From positions 15,004,001-15,068,000 of the forward strand of contig OX597843.1 of NCBI GenBank assembly GCA_951406725.2: a stretch of DNA of 64,000 bases, in the 5' to 3' direction. Below, piece after piece: positions 1 through 10,949 of this stretch. Position 1 is the first letter of the stretch. The number at the start of each line of letters is the position of its first letter. This stretch comes from Octopus vulgaris. Lineage: Eukaryota. A program made the translations under genes and the position numbers. Below the pieces are notes generated by a model that was not told the origin of the DNA, did no database searches, and saw nothing but the letters and a program-made list of their open reading frames with translations.

Positions 1-40
1 TCTCTCTGCTTCTCTCTCTCTCTGCTTCTCTCTCTCTCTG

Positions 41-90
<50 letters not shown>

Positions 91-231
91 TCTCTCTGCT
101 TCTCTCTCTCTCTGCTTCTCTCTCTCTCTGCTTCTCTCTCTCTCTCTGCTCTCTCTCTCTCTCTCTCTCTCTGCTTCTCTCTCTCTCTCTCTCTGCTTCT
201 CTCTCTCTCATTCTCTGCTTCTCTCTCTCTC
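1..231. repeat. (CT)n microsatellite with interspersed CTGCTT
   Basis: Directly visible; the same tract resumes at 940-1145. Confidence 0.95.
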
Positions 232-940
232 CAAAGAACATTTTGTCTGGGGCCTATGGATAATTACCAAAAGTCCCTGGCCTGGCAATGTTACAGAGGA
301 GCTTTACCGGTTCGAGATAAGCTCTTTAGACATGGGAATGCATCTTCACCGGTTTGTGCAAGATGTGAGAGGGACAGTGAAACTGTCTTGCACACGATTG
401 TGCAATACCCCAAGGTGACTGAACTCTGGGCTTATGTCGAGCACCTGCTGTCGCATTCAAGAAGAGTAGAACCTTGAATAGGGAGGAGCGAGCCTGTTTT
501 CTCTCGGTAGTTGCTATGGCGAAAGAAGTAGTGTGGAAGACGAGAGTGAAAGGAATTGCAACAGGCATGTTCATCTCCAGTCTCGAGCTAATCGACTTTT
601 TCGTTTTTCTCATGAAATGGAAAATAAGGCTGGAGAAGAAATGCCTGTCGCAAAGTGTGTTTCGTAAAAGATGGAAGTCTATAGCAAGTATGTTGCGAGT
701 GAAAGAACCTGTTTAAACGAGAATATATAAAAAGGAGAAAGCAAAGTCTTCAGTGTGAGTCTGTGGTTTGTGGGGTCAACCGCGTCCTCCGCTTCATTTT
801 TTTGTTAATCACTCATTCTCATTTAATTGTATATATTTTAATTGTTTGTTTATTCATACGTTTCGTCTCATTCGATACCCTGACCCCAACGTTTGTTTTG
901 TCCCCTCTTTTACTCAACCTTATGGTGAATAAAGAAATAC
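232..940 (+). mobile_element. 5'-truncated Tx1/L1-clade LINE (zf-RVT C-terminus and 3' UTR)
   Basis: Frameshifted ORFs 256-477 and 474-716 read SLAWQCYRGALPVRDKL..CARC..ETVLH..LW..AKEVVWKTR, the C-terminal zinc-binding region of L1/Tx1 ORF2. AATAAA at about 928 runs straight into (TC)n. Confidence 0.8.
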
Positions 941-1047
941 TCTCTCTCTCTCATTCTTTGCTTCTCTCTCTCTCTCTGCTTCTCTCTTTCTCTCTCTGCT
1001 TTTCTCTTTCTCTCTCTCTCTCTCCCTCTCTCTCTCTCTCTCTGCTT

Positions 1048-1083
<36 letters not shown>

Positions 1084-1145
1084 CTCCCTCTCTCTCTCTC
1101 TCTCTGCTTCTCTCTCCCTCTCACTCATTCTCTGTTTTTCCTCTG
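940..1145. repeat. (CT)n microsatellite
   Basis: Directly visible. Confidence 0.95.
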
Positions 1146-1303
1146 TTGAGACAGTGCAACCTAGCGACAACTTGTCCTTTCAACTCTTGACCGACCTCCC
1201 GTCGGGAATTCCCATTTATGTCACACACACGATCCTTCGCATCCGTCCCATCTCCTCTCTCTCTCTCATCTCATTCTCAGATTTTTTCCTCTTCTCGTTG
1301 CAG

Positions 1304-1777
1304 ACAACGCAACCGAGCGACAACGCAGAGCTGTTTGTCAAGGTTTGCAAATTGATGGTTGAAACATGTCTCCCCAGCGGCGAACCTGACCTCTTCAACT
1401 CCTCCTCCCACTACTACAACAACAACAACAACAACAACAACATTACCAACCTCAACAACAATATTAACAACAACAACAACTACAACAACACCACCAGCAG
1501 CAGCAGCAGCAGCAACAACGGCAGCAGCCTTGCCATCGTGTCCAACCTGAATTTGTCAAGCTCCATGTCCAACCTGAGTGTGGGAAGTTTACACTCACCG
1601 ACGGAGAAGGACTCAACGCTTGACGGTTTTGTTTTCTCTGGTTCGTGCTCTCTCAACAATGGCAGCCGTATGCGTCATGTGTCAGCAAACAACGTCTCCA
1701 GTAAGGTGACCCGGTCGGGTAGTTTGAAACGGATGGATAGTGTTGGGAAGAGGCACGCTTCGTTCCAACACGATTAA
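1304..1777 (+). CDS. NF1: Neurofibromin (NF1) homologue, terminal coding exon; upstream exons lie outside the window
   Basis: Pyrimidine tract and acceptor ...ctcgttgcag end at 1303. The translation TTQPSDNAELFVK..MVETCLP..SLAIVSNLNLSSSMSNL..LHSPTEKD..SRMRHVSA..RSGSLKR matches, block by block, the human NF1 C-terminus as I recall it (QIPDYAELIVK..IDTYLP..LSITANLNLSNSMTSL..QHSPGIDKE..GRTRHGSA..GSFKR). Stop TAA at 1775-1777. Confidence 0.85.
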   Translation, partial: TTQPSDNAELFVKVCKLMVETCLPSGEPDLFNSSSHYYNNNNNNNNITNLNNNINNNNNYNNTTSSSSSSNNGSSLAIVSNLNLSSSMSNLSVGSLHSPTEKDSTLDGFVFSGSCSLNNGSRMRHVSANNVSSKVTRSGSLKRMDSVGKRHASFQHD

Positions 1778-3110
1778 ATGGAAAAAAAACTGAAATGAGA
1801 AAAAAAAAAAAAAATTTTTTTTTTCTGTTGGGGGGAAAAAAAGAAAAGAAAAAGTTTGAAAGTAAAACAGTAAAAAAAAACTCTATGAAATAGAAAAAAA
1901 AGAAAATGAAATGATATTTTCAACAGAATTACAAAAAAAAAATTTAATTTTACAAAAATAAACAATAAAAATGAGAACAACAGCAACAACAAAAATTATA
2001 CCAAATTTATGAAAGGGAAAGGACTTTGAGTTTAAAAGAAAAAAACGCAAACCTATGTATATATGTATATACATACATATGCATATGCATACATACACGT
2101 GTGTGTATATGTATATATATATGTTTGTATATACTTACACACACACATATATGTATATAGATCTTTCTGTGTGTATGTGTGTGTAAATATGAGTGTGTGG
2201 GCATGTGTGTCTGTGGATACCTATGGATTTACATATATATATATGTGCATATATATATATATATATATGCATGTATAGAAAGATATATATACATGTGTAT
2301 GTGTGTTTGTGAATGTGTGTATATACATATATGCATGTATACCTGTGTCTGTGTATATAAATATTTTTACACATGTATACATTTATATATATACATATAT
2401 ATGTACACACACATACATATATATACATATATTTGCACACAAGTATATACTTAGGTCTATATGTCGTCTATAATATATATGGGTCTGTGTGTATATTCAT
2501 AAGATTACATATGTACATGTGTATTTATATATGTATATATATGTGTGTGTGTATATAAATGTATATATATAAATAAGGACAATAATTATGTTTACCCTGA
2601 AAATTATCTTGATAATGCTTGTAATATTTATAATGTTATTACTGCAAATGATGGTTTTGATGATGGTGATGATGATGATGATGATGATCGTGTTAGTGGT
2701 GATGGTCATGGTGTTTGGTTGAATAGGTTTGGACAAGCTGTGGGGCAGGCCGGCCACTTTAAAAAAGAAAGAAATCTCTTGTTTTGCAGCACATTGTATG
2801 TAGTTGTGCCTCAACACGTGCCCCTGTGCGACTCCTGTGGCGGAGTGTGTTGGGTCTGGTCTGCCCCGCCCCTCTTCCGCAAGACATCAGTGTATTTTCT
2901 CTCTCTGCCACCTTCCCTCCCAAGCTCTATACCTCGTTGTTGTTGATGTTGTTGTTGTTGTTATTATCATTATTATTATCATTATTATTATTATTGTTTT
3001 TATTGGTATTGTTATCATCTCTTGATATCAGTATTGCTGACGACGACGACGATGATGATGGTTAAAAAAAACAAAAGTGTAATGCTATAAAATAAAGGTT
3101 GGTGGGGAGA
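1778..3110 (+). other. Probable NF1 3' UTR (A-rich, TA/TG, GAT and GTT microsatellites)
   Basis: Follows the stop codon; candidate AATAAA at 3091-3096. The true end is unknown. Confidence 0.35.
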
Positions 3111-3236
3111 AAGAGAGAGAGAGAGAGAAAAAGAGAGATGAAGGGAAAATGAACATAAATTAAATTTCAAATTAAAGTAAGATTAAGGTTATTATTATTA
3201 TTATAGATGTTATGTTACCATTACATTCACACCCGT

Positions 3237-3298
3237 CCCCATTCTGCCAGGACAGTCACTACTCCCCCCATTCTGCCAGGACAGTCACTACTCCCCCC
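3237..3298. repeat. Tandem duplication of about 29 bp (ccccattctgccaggacagtcactactcc x2)
   Basis: Two adjacent identical copies. Confidence 0.9.
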
Positions 3299-3447
3299 AC
3301 AACTCTCGCAGAATTATGAAGTCAAGAGAAAAAAGGAAAAATTTATTGTAGTATGAAATATTTTTTTGTTTATAAAGATTATTATATATATTCATATATA
3401 TATATATATTTATATATATATATGTGCGTTATTTGTGGGTTAACAAA

Positions 3448-3590
3448 GCAACTGATGGTTTCATGTGTGCAGAGATCTTCACAATTGTCTAAACACACCT
3501 CATGGAAGTGTTGGCATTTGTTTCCTGGAGGCTTCCATGTGGTATGCTTGGACAATTGTGAAGATCTCAGCACATGAAACTATTGGTTGC
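3448..3590. repeat. Imperfect inverted repeat with about 60-bp arms (foldback element)
   Basis: 3448-3508 is the reverse complement of 3532-3590, with a few mismatches. Confidence 0.85.
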
Positions 3591-4399
3591 CTATTTATCC
3601 ACCAATGCGGTGTTGAGTACTCTCATTGAGTACTCGATATTAATGTGTGTGTGTGTATATTATATATAAACACACACAAATAAATGTAGAAACATGATAG
3701 AGTGCTCAACACACACCTGCGACATTAAAGATTGTTGTTAAGGGTTTCTAAGTGAGATCTGCTTTACCTCTTGTTTATCTATACAATTGTTAAGCTTTTA
3801 ACTCCTGCAGAAGCATGTGGCAAAAGACTGATAGGAATGTGTGTGTGTGTGTGTATACATATGTATGTATATGTGTGTATATTTATTTTTATGTGTATAT
3901 GTGTGCATGTATATATATTTGTGTGTAATTGTTTATGTATAGATATTTGTATGTATATATATATACATTTGTATGCACATATGTGTGTCTGTATACCTTT
4001 GTGTGTATATGTGTGTGTGTGTATGCATTTGTATATGTGTCTGTGTATGTACACAAATGCATGCGTGCAAACATATATATGGATGTATGTAACCACATAC
4101 ATAGAAATGTTTATACTTGTATATGCTTTTGTATGCTTGTATTTACATATATTTGTGTATGTGTGTGTGTGTGCATCTTTGTATTGTATTTTAATGTCAT
4201 GTAAATTTCATTAGCTTTACCCCTCTAACGAATATATAGTCATGTGATGTCAATGGAAAAGGAATACATGTTAGAAATTTGACCAAAGTGTGTTAAGGAT
4301 TTGGTTGTGGGGGTGGTGATCGAAACAGGGAAAGAGGAGGGGGTGGGGCAGAGATTTTTGCCAGAAGAATTCAAATTAAGCTGTTATGCTACAATATTC

Positions 4400-5085
4400 C
4401 TCCTGAAACACATTGAACGAAATAACATTGGTAGGATTATTTAATTTGGTGTTTTGGAAACAGATTTGCTTGGAATGGCGGTGTTTTTCATTTGAATCAC
4501 TTTGAAGCAGGACGTTTGCACTGTTGAGCCAGGGTTAGGGGCTACAATGAGTTGGTATCAAAAGTGTTAAGGTAGACATAATGGAAAGATCTGGAAGCTA
4601 AATCTTGTGACAAGGATATTTCTGTTGAAATAATTTCAAGAATTTATCTTCGTTAATTTGGGAAAATAAGGAAGAATTTAGTAAAATAAGTTTGTGATTA
4701 ATTAGCCTGGTGTCTGAACTGTAAATTAACACAAAAGTTTGATGAAGGGTTTCAATTTAGATTATATCACAGAACCAGAAGCAGTGTGGGGTCTGAAATG
4801 CATTGGTATCAAAAGGTTTAAGACAAAGATTGGTGGAACGGTCTGGAAGCTGAATCAGATGACCAGGATGTTTGTGCTGAAGTTCACTGCATTCATTTCA
4901 ATTTATTTGTAAAATAACAAAGAATTTAGTAAAATAACTCATTATTAATTAAGCTGGTGTTCAGAACATAATTAGCATGCAATTTGATGGAAGGATTTAA
5001 TTTATTGATCACTTTAAAATAAGACGTTTGTAATATAAAACCAGGAAGAATGTGAGGGTGTCTTGGGTGGGTTCATTGCAAAAGA
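4400..5085 (-). mobile_element. About three degenerate tandem copies (about 250 bp) of a TTAA-type MITE-like repeat
   Basis: The ttggtatcaaaa(g)gttaa end recurs at about 4553 and 4803. The internal gaatttagtaaaataa block is shared with 38425-38655. Confidence 0.55.
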
Positions 5086-5125
5086 GGAGGAAACCAAAGG
5101 GGTAAAGTATACACCCTCCTATTGC

Positions 5126-5167
<42 letters not shown>

Positions 5168-5559
5168 GCTTGTATATTTCTAAGCATTGGTTTGCATGAT
5201 GATACACACACACTTGCATATATGCACTCATCTAAATTTACGTGTACAAGTGAAGCTGTGTGTATTTATTGGAAGACCCCTTCCATCACATCTATCCCCC
5301 TTTACCACTGACATCCGAGTATTATAGCTCGTATGCATAAATGTCGTGTATGTATGAATGTGTGTATTTATATATGTACATACACACACACACATTGTAA
5401 TATTCAGCACAGGAATTGTAATTGATATTTTAGGCTCTATATAATATACATGTTTCTCCAAGTGGCCTTTTGTTATTACATGGGCCAGTTGGCTATATTA
5501 CTTAACACCCTCCGCTCACTTCCTCAGTGTTATCAGCAAAAAAAGACAATGTGGAGCAA

Positions 5560-6340
5560 TATACATGCCCTAATACACCCAGGTATATAAATTATGTGCC
5601 AAATGTACCCTCAAGGAATATAGTAGTAATGTGAATGCAGCCATAAAGAGTAGCATAAACTCTTTGGGCATTACCATATCTTAGGATAGAAGTATAAACA
5701 AAGGGACACACTGATGCACCTCCTCCCTCCAGGAATAACTTAGGTCTGATGGGCTACCCCAAGTCATCATAACATCTCCAGAGGGGCTCACCTAGAGACA
5801 TGAGGTTATGGAACAAAATCTAGATTGGCCTCAAATCCCAAACTTGACAGTACTGAGACCAAACAGAAGGTGCTTGATAACCTTTTCAGGATTAATATGC
5901 ACCCCAGTGGTTGGAAGAAGTGAAAACAATGGCATATAATAAGGTACAGTTCACCCTTCTCTTGTACTGTGAAACCTAACATCCTCAAGATGTCCTTCCA
6001 CTTTCTACATACGCCTTTGCTTTTACCCTTCAACTTAGACACAACTGTATTTTCAGTTGGAATATGTCTTTCTGCAACAGCACACGTAACAAGGCTTGCG
6101 TTGTAGTGTCTCCTGTTAGATATAGTGCCAGCATTATTTATGAGATGAGATTGGGTGACTTCGGGGTCAAAAAGCAAACGCCAATTACATATGCTGTGAT
6201 GCTCACTCCAAGAAGATCCAAGAAAGTGGAAACAACCACCAGGATGGTATCTGTCAGGAGCATTACCACTATGTGTAGAACCAGACCCTTTAACTGGAGA
6301 TAGACCAAGTAAGTTGGTCTCTTATCAAGCTAAGCTACCT
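5560..6340 (+). mobile_element. Highly decayed LINE RT fragment, possibly R1/LOA-like
   Basis: Residual translations LLPPGIT, VVSPVRYSASII and RMVSVRSITTMCRTRP resemble the R1/LOA-type RT C-terminal half. Many stops. Confidence 0.3.
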
Positions 6341-6356
6341 ATTGCATGAAAAATGC

Positions 6357-6724
6357 CCCACCACCACCACCAAACATGATCTGTAACTGTAGAACTCCTG
6401 TGGACTGACCCCTAGGCAGATATTGCTTACAATTCCCCACCACCAAACATGATCTGTAACTGTAGAACTCCTGTGGAATGACCCCTAGGCAGATATTGCT
6501 TACAATGCCCCACCACCAAACATGATCTGTAACTGTAGAACTCCTGTGGAATGACCCCTAGGCAGATATTGCTTACAATGCCCCACCACCAAACATGATC
6601 TGTAACTGTAGAACTCCTGTGGAATGACCCCTAGGCAGATATTGCTTACAATGCCCCACCACCAAACATGATCTGTAACTGTAGAACTCCTGTGGAATGA
6701 CCCCTAGGCAGATATTGCTTACAA
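6357..6724. repeat. Minisatellite, 5 x 73-bp unit
   Basis: Unit ccccaccaccaaacatgatctgtaactgtagaactcctgtggaatgacccctaggcagatattgcttacaatg starts at about 6362, 6435, 6508, 6581 and 6654; copies near-identical. Confidence 0.95.
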
Positions 6725-8181
6725 ACCAATGTAGTGATGCAAACACAAAACAATAGAAAACATTGTGCTCCAGCATGTCATAGTCTTAGGGCTGAAATGT
6801 ATAAAAGAAAAGGGCTTCAAAAACCCCCCAAAACAGGACTTTGCTATGTACAGATATTCTTTCTTTAACCCAAAACTTAGGTTCTCAACTTGACTAGCAG
6901 AGTATGTCCATAGTTTAGTTGATGGTTAGTTTAACTGTTATTTGAAATTATCCGCAATGGGATATGCTCTGCCCTTGCAGAGTCGGGGAGATGTACCTGC
7001 AGGGTTATGTACCAAACTGAGATGGAGATTTCATTAACAATAACCAACTACTTAATAAATGAAACGAGTTCAAGATGTTTTGCACATACACAGAAAATCT
7101 CTGTCTTTCTGTCACTCCAGGGGAGATGGCAAACTGCGGATCTTTCTCAGATTCATATTGTAAAACTGGCCTCCATACTTATCGCATTCATTGAAGTACT
7201 TATTATAGAAAAGGCACAATGAAGACACATTTCAAAGATGAACCAAAGACTTATTCGAAAGGGAACTCCTCGTGTTAACAACATAATTCTAGATTAATGA
7301 TCAAAAGAATGGTAGTAGGTTCCAGAAAGCAGGAGTTTGAAAACAGAAAGAAGCTTTTAGAAGAAAGGACTTATGAGTAACAGGAAGCTCAACAGGGAAA
7401 CGATGTACCTGGGAAGAGAACCCTGGGTGACATATTTAAAGGTGTTGACAGAGGGCAATAGACCAGAAAGTTCTCCAGAACAAAAACCATGGAAGTACTT
7501 ATAGCAAAAACATAAAACACAAATACATTTTGACGATGAACCAAAGAATTAGAAGAAAGGGGACCCACCAACATAATTTGATTCTGAATTCATCTCACAG
7601 CCCTTTTATTTGCCCCTTCCGTCTTTACTGTGTGTAGGTCTACCTGAATATATTAGCTAGGTAGGTGTGATTATAAAATCCTTCCTTTCTCCACTCAGCT
7701 ATTCCTATATCACTCACAATCCTACTTCCTCATACTTTGGCACCCTTGATTCTGTGATATCAACTATGTGACACATAATTTATATACTGAGATCTATTGT
7801 GGCATGCATATTTCTCCATATTGTATTGCTTTTGCTGATAATAGAGAAGGTGTGGTGTTACATAATATAGCCAACTTACTATATTGCGCAATATTTACAA
7901 ACCACTTGCTGAAACACGTGTAAAATACCAGTTATGGCTTCAGTGTTAATCATTACTAGAATGTGGCTGTAATTCCACACGGTAGCTTTTATGGAGATTT
8001 GTTGGTTATCAGCAAAATATGGCGAGTGTAGAAATGGAACGTGGAACTGTCTACAGGACGTAGACATTTTGGTTAATGTGTTGCACCTGATGACACACGT
8101 GTGTATGTATAAAGTGAAAACTGGCTTCTGTTGCAATTTCCTCTGTTCATTGAGATTGTGTGTATATATAAACGTAAAAAA

Positions 8182-8396
8182 AGGCGTCGAGCTGGCGGAA
8201 ACGTTAGCACACCAGGCGAATGCTTAGCGGTATTTCGTCTGCCGTTATGTTCTGAGTTCAAATTCCACCGAGGTCGACTTTGCCTTTCATCCTTTCGGGG
8301 TTGATTAAATAAGTACCAGTTACACACTGGGTCGATATAATCGACTTAATCCGTTTGTCCCCTCTGTGTGTAGCCCCTTGTGGGTAGTAAAGGAAT
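8182..8396 (+). mobile_element. tRNA-derived Meta-domain SINE
   Basis: Head ggcgtcgagctggcggaaacgttagc, B-box gagttcaaattcc, Meta-like gcctttcatcctttcgggg..taagtacc. Similar copies at 9150-9540 (+), 9904-10140 (+) and 16715-16942 (-). Confidence 0.8.
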
Positions 8397-8627
8397 ATAT
8401 ATATAAACATAAAATATATACATATATCTGACACAACTGAAAAACCTTGTTACAAACAACAGCAACAACAACATTGTGTTGTCTTGGCAGTGCTTCCCCT
8501 GCTACCCTGGCCAGCTATGGACAGTGGGGTGTGTATGTAACCACAGGTATGTATATGTGCATATTTCTGTGTGTGTGTCTATGTGTATAGAAGTAAACCT
8601 TTATGTGTATGCGTGTATATATATAAT

Positions 8628-8807
8628 CTCTTTTACTTGTTTCAGCCATTTGACTTCGGTGTTGCTGGAGCACCCCCTTTAATCGAGCAACTCGACCCTG
8701 GGACTTATTCTTTTGTAAGCCCAGTACTTATTCTATCGGTCTCTTTTGCCAAACCGCTAAGTAACGGGGACAAACACACACACGCATATATATATATATA
8801 TATATAT

Positions 8808-8838
<31 letters not shown>

Positions 8839-9002
8839 CGGCGGGCTTCTTTCAGTTTCCGTCTACCAAATCCATTCACAAGGCTTTGGTCGGCCCGAGG
8901 CTATAGCAGAAGACATTTGCCCAAGATGCCCTGTAGTGGGACTGAGCCCAGTACCATGTGGTTGGTAAGCAAGCTACTTACCACACAGCCACTCCTGCTC
9001 CT
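8628..9002 (-). mobile_element. tRNA-derived CORE-type SINE with an internal TA/TG microsatellite
   Basis: On the minus strand: head ggagtggctgtgtggtaag, B-box-like ggctcagtcccac, CORE-like tcttgggcaaatgtctt, tail ggtgctccagca..ctgaaacaagtaaaagag. Confidence 0.85.
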
Positions 9003-9850
9003 ATATATATATATATATATATATAAAAACAGATTGAAATTTGGTCAATTTTTCAATTCCAAATTAGTGACACGCATTTCATTACAGTATAGGAAAATAT
9101 GTTATGAATATTACAATATTAATAATTATGATAATAATAATAATTATAGTAAGACAAGATGGTAGAACCATTAGCATACCATGCAGAGTGCTCACTGGTA
9201 TTTCACCGACCTTTACATTCTGAGTTCAAATTCCACACTGGTCAACTTGGCTTTTCATATTGTCAGGGTCGACAAAATAAGTACCAGTTGAATACTAGAG
9301 TTACACCCCCTCCCTCGACATTGCTGGCCTTGTGCCAAAATTCGAAACCAGTATTAATAATAATAGCCCTGTCGTTACATTGTGAGTTCAAATTCCGCCG
9401 AGGTCGACTTTGCCTTTCATCCTTTCGGGGTCGATAAATTAAGTACCAGTTATGCACTGGGGTCGATGTAATCGACTTAATCCCTTTGTCTGTCCTTGTT
9501 TGTCCTCTCTGTGTTTAGCCCCTTGTGGGCAATAAAGAAATAAAATCATAATAGCCCCTACTATATATTTATATGTGTGTGTTTGTATATATGAGTTTAT
9601 GTGTATACATATATGTTTGTATGTATGTATGTATGTTTCTATACACGTATGTGTGAGAGTATGTGTCTTTATATATATATATATATATATATACATGCTA
9701 CACACACTCGCAAATACTGATCATCAGGTGTATGCCACGTTTGACAAGAAGCCAGGAGAAGTGGTGGTCTTGATGCCTTTCCCACAGACAGAACAGTCCA
9801 TTTTGTTGTTTTTCCTTTTGTTTGTATATTTCAACATCTTTACATGTGTC

Positions 9851-9887
<37 letters not shown>

Positions 9888-9903
9888 ATATATATCTATA
9901 TAT

Positions 9904-10140
9904 AGCGGTGAGCTGGCAGAAACGTTGGCACGCCGGGCGAAATGCGTAGCCGTACTTCGTCTGCCGTTACGTTCTGAGTTCAAATTCCGCCGAGGTCGAC
10001 TTTGCCTTTCATCCTTTCGGGGTCGATAAATAAAGTACCAGTTACACACTGGGGGGGGGGGTCGATGTAATCGACTTAATCCCTTTGTCTGTCCTTGTTT
10101 GTCCCCTCCATGTTTAGCCCCTTGTGGGTAGTAAAGAAAT
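9904..10140 (+). mobile_element. Meta-domain SINE
   Basis: Full-length copy of the 8182 family. Confidence 0.85.
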
Positions 10141-10770
10141 ATATATATATATACACATATTATACACCCTGGTAACACACACCCACCAAATAGTGTTATC
10201 CTATTTTGCTGTTGCTGTTCCTTTTGGATTCTCAATACTGCTGTTGATTATTATTATTATTATTATTGCTACTACTACTATTATTGATATTTATTATCAT
10301 TATTATCATTGTTGTTGTCATTATTATTATTATTATTAGTTTCTATTTTTGTTATGATTTTTTACTACTACTACTACTGCTGCACGACACCCCACCCCGC
10401 CCTCGAAAATTCAGAAACCCTCCCCCTCACCCACACCTCCTCCCCCTCGTTGCTTTTCCTTCCCCCCTCACCCCCTCATACATTACCGTTTGTCTTCTTT
10501 CTTTCTCCTTCTCTATCCAACCCCTGTCTCTTGACCCCTCACCACCCCACACACACACTCTACCGTCCTACCTCTGGCCCAATTTCATCCCTTTCTCCGC
10601 CGCTGGGGCCACCCTCCCTCCCTCCCTATCATCTGTTCTGTCCCCTCCTTTGTCTTTCTCCCCCCTAAGTTTTCCAGAAATGTTTCAAGCTGATCTAGAA
10701 TTGCCATAGAAACGGATTCCTCAGTTTTATGGTAATGACCCAACTATCTCACCAGGGGGCGGGGGCTGTC

Positions 10771-10803
<33 letters not shown>

Positions 10804-10949
10804 TGTTGTTACTATTACCAAAATAAATAGCAGTTGAGCGCTGGAGGCAACCCAATCAACTCTTGCCCTCTCCCTCCAAGACTCCAGGCCCTGGGGCCTG
10901 GAATAGAGAGGAATTCTTTTTGAAAGGGGTCAGCTTAGTAGCACTTCCC

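Noticed and set aside
1154-1303. First 50 codons of ORF 1154-1777 as NF1 coding sequence
   Set aside because: Largely intronic pyrimidine tract; clear homology begins at the acceptor at 1304.
6840-7610. Possible decayed retroelement ORF on the minus strand
   Set aside because: Too degenerate to assign by eye.
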